Origin: Paraspadella gotoi
Lineage: Eukaryota > Animalia > Chaetognatha
Length of the DNA: 64,000 bases
Assembly (NCBI GenBank): GCA_051294375.1
Contig: CM119271.1
Span: 17,137,799-17,201,798, forward strand
Reading direction: 5' to 3'
The notes beneath the pieces were generated by a model that did not search any database, was not told the origin of the DNA, and worked only from the letters and a program-made list of their open reading frames with translations. The position numbers and the translations under genes are program-made. How positions within the stretch are numbered: position 1 is the first letter of the stretch; every line of letters starts with the position of its first letter. Positions 57,941 through 64,000 of this stretch are shown here, piece by piece.

Positions 57941-58744
57941 GGTCATTCAGGCATAACAATGCGTATCTTTGATGTATTAGAGCTATGCATCGAGAAATAC
58001 ATTATAGTTCACAGTAATCACAAAAAAAATATGTTTTATTTAAATGTAAAACACTCTGTTTTCATCATTTTTTTTATCGAAAAAACAATTGTTAAGTTAA
58101 AATGGGTAAGCACATTTTTTTAAAGATTTAGTTTTCTTCAATCTGATTGGTTAAAAAAAATTCTAGGTAAGAAGTTAAAAACAAGTAAGGGATAATTAGA
58201 AAGGGGGAATAAACATTAATCCTGTGACTCTGTTGGTTTTCCAGTCATGAGAAGATCTTCATGTTAAATAGATGGTAAAAGAAATTTTAGCATACAATTG
58301 AATCTATACGAATTTGGAAGACTTGCAGCCTAAACGACTACAATATATACTTGGAGTTTAAAATTTGATTAGCAATCTTAAAAACATTTGTAAAAATGTA
58401 CATAGAGAGACATTTGATAACGTTTCCAGTTATGAAGAATTCGGGTTAAAGTTGAAAAATGTTTCATTTTCATCATACAATTGAAATTAAAAACGTCTCT
58501 CTATTCATTTTTTTCGAATTCACTAATAAAGCAATTCATAAAAAATACAGAATGGATTGCTTTTTCGTTTGACCTGCAACTCTTCAGATAGGATTTCTTT
58601 TTTTTTATATTATAATTAAAACCGATATAAAATGGCGTAGATGCAAATCAAAATGTTTAAAGTGAATACATGTCGGAACGGCAGGCGCTCAAACTTTCTG
58701 AATTGTCCTTCATTTGGCCTATTTTGAGTTGAGTTGACATGACC
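57941..58744. mobile_element. ~0.8-kb candidate non-autonomous TIR insertion
   Basis: Absent at the homologous site of copy 1 (~42605-42620). Ends GGTCATTCA... / ...TGACATGACC; imperfect flanking duplication (ctttagagagaaa / atttctaaaagaaa). Confidence 0.45.
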
Positions 58745-59044
58745 ATTTCTTAAAAGAAAGTTTAAACAAATCAGTCAATACTTTAAATTTTGAATTATTC
58801 CTAATTTTAAAAATTTTTGAGAATTAAAATGAAAATAATTTTTAAACTTTACATTAAAACAAGAATAAAATTTGAAAAAGATTTACTTCTCACCGATATT
58901 TTAAAAAAATTCAGCAACCTGTTATATCAAATTTTAAACACTACTTACTCATGATTGCAGAAAAAATTATATTGTTAAAACCAACTTAAAGGAGCAAACA
59001 TTATGAAACGTTTTCAAATTTATAATTTATGCGAGAGTTCGACG

Positions 59045-59084
<40 letters not shown>

Positions 59085-59131
59085 AGAGTCCGAGATTCGA
59101 GATCCAAGATTCGAGATTCGAGCACGTGCAG

Positions 59132-59169
<38 letters not shown>

Positions 59170-59394
59170 AGATTCGAGATTCGAGAATCGACACCGTTTC
59201 AGCAGAGAGACGAGAGAGAGAGAGAGAGATTTCGCGATTCGAACGTTCAGAGAGAGAGAGACGAGATAGGGGAAAGAGAGAGAGGAGAGCACGAGAGTTT
59301 CCGAGATTCGAACGTTCAGAGAGAGAGAGAGCAGAGAGAGAGGGGCCAAACATAACTGATCACACAAATCATATACATAATAAAAATGATGCTG

Positions 59395-59616
59395 ATCGCA
59401 CAATTTCATCAAAACTTATATTTAGCTATCACACACTTTCTACCAACACACAAAAATTTTATTCCAATCCATCGGTCTTATCACGAGTAATTCGAGTTCT
59501 TTGCTAAAGGGGGATTGATGGATGGACAGACTAACATTTTTTTTGTGTATAATTTATCAATTCAATGTTTTGACATGATATAAGTGAATGACCGACAAGA
59601 TTCAAGGGGCGGACTG
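59395..59616 (-). mobile_element. Fragment of the HINE/DINE-1-like element, reverse orientation, cut by gap
   Basis: Reverse complement matches ~32540-32790 (tcacgagtaatt, gacatgatataagtg, ccgacaa and a satellite unit). Confidence 0.7.
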
Positions 59617-59641
59617 NNNNNNNNNNNNNNNNNNNNNNNNN

Positions 59642-59678
59642 CGAGAGAGAGAGACCGATACGACATGCGGAGAAACCC

Positions 59679-59721
<43 letters not shown>

Positions 59722-61174
59722 GAGAGAGAGAGAGAGAGAGAAAGAAAGAGGAGAGAGAGAGAGAGAGAGAGGAGAGAGAGGAGAAGAGGAGATCAGGTCC
59801 GACCGCTTCGTACGTGGGGAAAGCGACGTAGGATTTAAATAAGCGACGCCCCCCGCGTCCGCTTCATCCTCACCCCAATCAGTTCCCCAACTAAGCGAGA
59901 TCCTCCTCGCTCTCCCCACCATTTCCAGCTCCCCTAAGAGTGGTTCTTCCCTCATACGATCGGGAGCGTGAACCTCGGTTCATCGAGTCTCGAATGCTCC
60001 GGGGGTCGATTCGTTCCATTCAACCGCGAGAATCGCCGTCGTCGTCGAAGCGGAAAATCTCGACGACCGCGAGTAATGGCACGGCGGTCGTCGTCGAGCG
60101 CGGCGGCTACGCGGTCGTCGGTCGGTCGCGGGCAGAACACTCCCCGATCGGACGACGCGCGTAATCTTCCTCGGCGGCGCGGTACTCATCGCTCTGTCGT
60201 CGTCGTCGTCGCGGTCCGCAGTATTCGATTCGTAGATCGGCGCCAACACGCGCGCTTCGATCGCCGGCGGTGCAGTACCGATACGGCCGTTTTCTCCGGT
60301 CCGTCGACCCCCGAGAGACCTCGAAGCCCATCGCAGCGCGCGCGCAGTCACATGTCCGAATACCCGTCTAAAAAACATCGTTCCAATCGTAAATTTTAAG
60401 CAATAAAACAAAAATTTGGAAATCTTGTGAGTAATAGTTTTTTATTTATTGTTTCTTAATCTCTACCCGAATCCGGTTTTAAAATTGTGATTTTGAAAAA
60501 AATATTTCATGATATAGTAATAACGAATAAACTTTAAATGCTTCCTATGTATTAACTGTAAATAAAATCCTTTAAATTTTTTTTTAATTTCGTTATCACA
60601 GCAGAGATGCTATATACGTTACTTTATGTTACAGGAACTCTGTTTTTACTCTTGTTTGTTCGCTAATTGCACAATGTCATTTAATTATTTATTTATCCTG
60701 TTTAAGCCTATCTCTCTTCTCGTCTTCGTCTTTCTTCTATACAAATTCATTTCTTTTTTAAAAAAAAACTCACTCAGTCTGTGTTCAACTTACCTGTCCT
60801 CACCTCTGACCACTAGTGCTGTCTCACCACTACTTGTTGGAAACTTCTAACTTCTCCTTTCTGCCCTTAATCTCTCTCTCTCTCTCTCTCTCATCTTCTT
60901 TTGCAAATAATTTATTCGCAATTCACAAACTAAAACGCTGAGAAGGCTTTTGAATGCTAAAGGCGAAACATGTCTGTTTATCAACAAAAACAATTTCGTT
61001 TGAAAACCAATATAAAACTTTTTTTTCTTCCAATCAATTTACAACGAAAGAAAGAAAGGATTATCACATAATTTCAAATTTGAAATTTTTTAGTTTCTTT
61101 TACAAGTCTCGTATCGATTCACCGGGGAAAGTTCGAAAAACTCGTGCCAAAAAAAAATTTTCAGAATATATTTT

Positions 61175-61217
<43 letters not shown>

Positions 61218-62172
61218 GCGCAACGCCGTTAATTAACTATTTCGTACGTGGGGAAGCAATTGGCGTCAAATAAAGTTCCGCATCGTTCTTCACGCTCCCC
61301 CCAATGCCGGCCCTACTCGCAGATCCGCGTCAAATATAACGGATCGCCCGCAATATTTTTTTTTAACTTTTGCTCTCATTCGGAACGAAATGCTCCAGGG
61401 TTTGCGGCGGTCCATTCACCTGTCTCTTCCGCCCGTCGGCTTCGTCCGTTGTTCGTGGGCCGCATCCCTGCCACATCGCGTGTCGTGCTTGTCTTGTGCG
61501 GGCAGTGTTTTCGATCGAGGTCGAACTCGCGATCCCCATGCATGCTGCGGTCGCGTTGTCGCCGTCCGCGCGTTTCGGTCGAGCTGCTCCGCGCATCGCG
61601 GTTTACAAGATCGCCGTTGTCGTCGTTGTTTGGGGCGGAACTCGTTTCGGTCGAGCTCGAGCGCATCCCCGTCGTGGCTCGTCATTGGATCAACGTCGTC
61701 GTTGTTGTCGTTTCTGCGCGATCACCGAGAAACGTTTACCGCGATCGAAGTGTCGCGGAGCGCGTTTGATGTTCGTTGCGCCATCAACTCGTAAGCATAT
61801 AAATGTAAGAAACATTTTTGCAGAGAGAAGCGATACCTCAATTGTCAGCTTTTCCAATGGAAATCATGGCAGCCATCAATTCCGCATATGACGGACTTCC
61901 GCCGCTGCTGCCAACACGATTATTTTTTTTGTCCTCATTCTCTCTTCTCCTCTTCATCATTGTGATTATGCAAATCCTCAGCTAAATCCGACTCTTGGTT
62001 GACATTGATGGGTTTAGGTTTAAGCCTTTATCAAGCTTCTTTTATTTAATTTCGGTTTTGTACTATTTATTTTTAATTATGCTATAAATTACTTCGTTAA
62101 TACAAAAATATTTTTATATTAAACGAAAAAATACACAGATGGAGAGACGAGGTACGAGCACACACAGCACAC

Positions 62173-62205
<33 letters not shown>

Positions 62206-64000
62206 AAGATTTTACGGATTGGTTCATAAGGTTAAATTTATTTGCTGAGATAACTATATCAAAGTTATTCTCATTTATGATACTATACAGCTTTTAATTT
62301 AAATTTTTTATGATAGAAAAAATATTTTAAATTAATTAAATAGTCATTTTTAAATATAAGTGCATTAATAAAAGCTAATACAAATTAAAAAAATTATAAA
62401 AAGGTTAATTATTTTGGGATATTAACTTTTATTATTTTTTTATCAGTCATTAAGAGCCAGAACAACTTGATTGCTATTTATTTAAATATTACTAAAATCA
62501 ATTAAAAAGTAATAAAAAAAGTAAATAAAAAAGATTTAAAAAATTCAATATTGGCATTATAAAGTTTTCTGTAGATAAAAAATATAGAGGTTTTTTCTAT
62601 TATCCTGCATCTAATGAAAGAATTTAAAAAAAATTTAATCAATATTAAAAAAAAATATAAATATTAATCTCAATTTAAAACAATATATAATTTATTATTT
62701 TCTTTGGAAAAACTTACTGAAAAAAATTGGTAGCACGATTTTTTTATGCAATAACTTTCACAATTTGCTTGATTTAATTTTTAAAAAATTATAGGTATCT
62801 CTGAAATGATGCCATAATAATGATTCTAAGTTATTGCGTATTGTGAATACGGGTAAATCAGTAAGCTTTTTTTATAGCATAAGTGGATAGAAAAAACTAT
62901 AAAGAGTATAAGAGAGAGAGAGAGAGAGAGAGAAGAGCGAGAGAGAGAAACGAAAATAATCAAAAGCCGGGGTAAATGGTCTGTTTGATTCATCCGCCTT
63001 ATATATTTTGTGACCCGGATATCTTATTACTTATCTTTTTTTAAAAGTATGTATCAAATTTTCATGTATTAAGATTATCTGTCGTGTATTATCTATCATT
63101 ACACCTACGCCTTGCATGGCACAATTGAGCAAGAGAGAGAGAGAGAGGGAGAGAGAAGAGGACAGACCAGATACAGTAACACACACACACACACACAGAG
63201 AGAGAGAAGAGAGAGAGAGAGACACGCACGAAGTCGCGCCGTGCAAAGTTGCTGATGAGGGCATGCGACATTCTCATCCGCGCATGGCTTCGAATTCTCA
63301 TTCTGATATTTTGACAAGCGCAAGAGGAAAAGAACGCCGGTCCACAAAAAAATTAGCCTCAACCGAGTGAAGAAAAAATGCAAATATCGTGTCATCAAAT
63401 TACTCGCACCAAAAGGATTATCAACATAAATATAAAAAACTACAACAACAAAAATTATTTCGGGGACGGGCCTGCGCATTGTCATTGGATGACTCAACCT
63501 TGGATTTATCCTTTCTCAAAAACTTCCATGAGACAAAGTGCCAAGAAAACCAAGACAAATTCCATTTCTTTCGTGATTAAACTCATTTAAAAATTTCGAT
63601 ATCTTCTGCTTCAACACCTCCGCCTGTCTTAAAGCTCAAAGCGCCCGCATTTTTACGAGTTGAGAAGAAACGAAAATACACGTTTCGAAACATGTCTGCT
63701 ATACCAAATACAAAATCGTTATGAAAAAACAAAAAAAATATTATTATTTCGTCTAAAATTGATATCATAAGAATTATGGGTCTATATCGAAGAATTTGAA
63801 TAGTGATTAGTCATTATTTTTTGGCAAGAACAATTTTTATCTCTATTTGTAGCAGAAACAAAACTTAACTAATTAGAAAAACTTCAGTTGTTGTCATACC
63901 TAAATATTTATAATGACATTATTTTATTTTTGTATGTAAAAAATATATTTTACTAAATTATAAAATTTTTTATTTTTTACTGTTCAATACTTAATTTAGA
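59642..64000. repeat. Large tandem unit, copy 4 (apparently identical to copy 3, offset 6319 bp)
   Basis: All ORF-track entries recur identically at +6319; both copies begin right after a 25-N gap. Confidence 0.95.
60933..60979 (+). ncRNA. Minimal hammerhead ribozyme in copy 4 (duplicate of 54614)
   Basis: Same sequence as 54614-54660. Confidence 0.55.

Larger units (their letters stand above)
53323..59030. repeat. Large tandem unit, copy 3 (no hAT insertion)
   Basis: Homologous to copy 2 from ~45790 onward and to copy 1 up to ~42830. Confidence 0.9.

Overview
AT-rich, gap-riddled eukaryotic DNA that looks like an invertebrate animal draft assembly with many indel errors. It is dominated by (GA)n/(GAC)n/(TCAT)n microsatellites and minisatellites. 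No intact host gene can be called, and most ORF-track entries are low-complexity artefacts. Supported elements: (i) a decayed Ty3/Gypsy gag directly abutted, and probably interrupted, by an internally deleted hAT-type transposon (28.4-31.1 kb); (ii) Helentron-associated (HINE/DINE-1-like) non-autonomous elements, the largest carrying an internal satellite (32.5-35.9 kb); (iii) a tandem array of a ~6-8 kb unit from 36.4 kb to the end, with three distinguishable copies plus one exact duplicate that is probably an assembly artefact; (iv) a 3.56-kb hAT-like transposon with TIRs and a 7-bp TSD inserted in copy 2, with the empty site visible in the other copies. Two signals are most interesting. The first is a dispersed family of minimal, Penelope-type hammerhead ribozymes, one per array unit plus others elsewhere. 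The second is a set of frameshifted minus-strand coding-like segments in the array unit that suggest a membrane-protein family with paralogous acidic tails bearing tyrosine motifs and possibly a CARD-like N-terminus (speculative).
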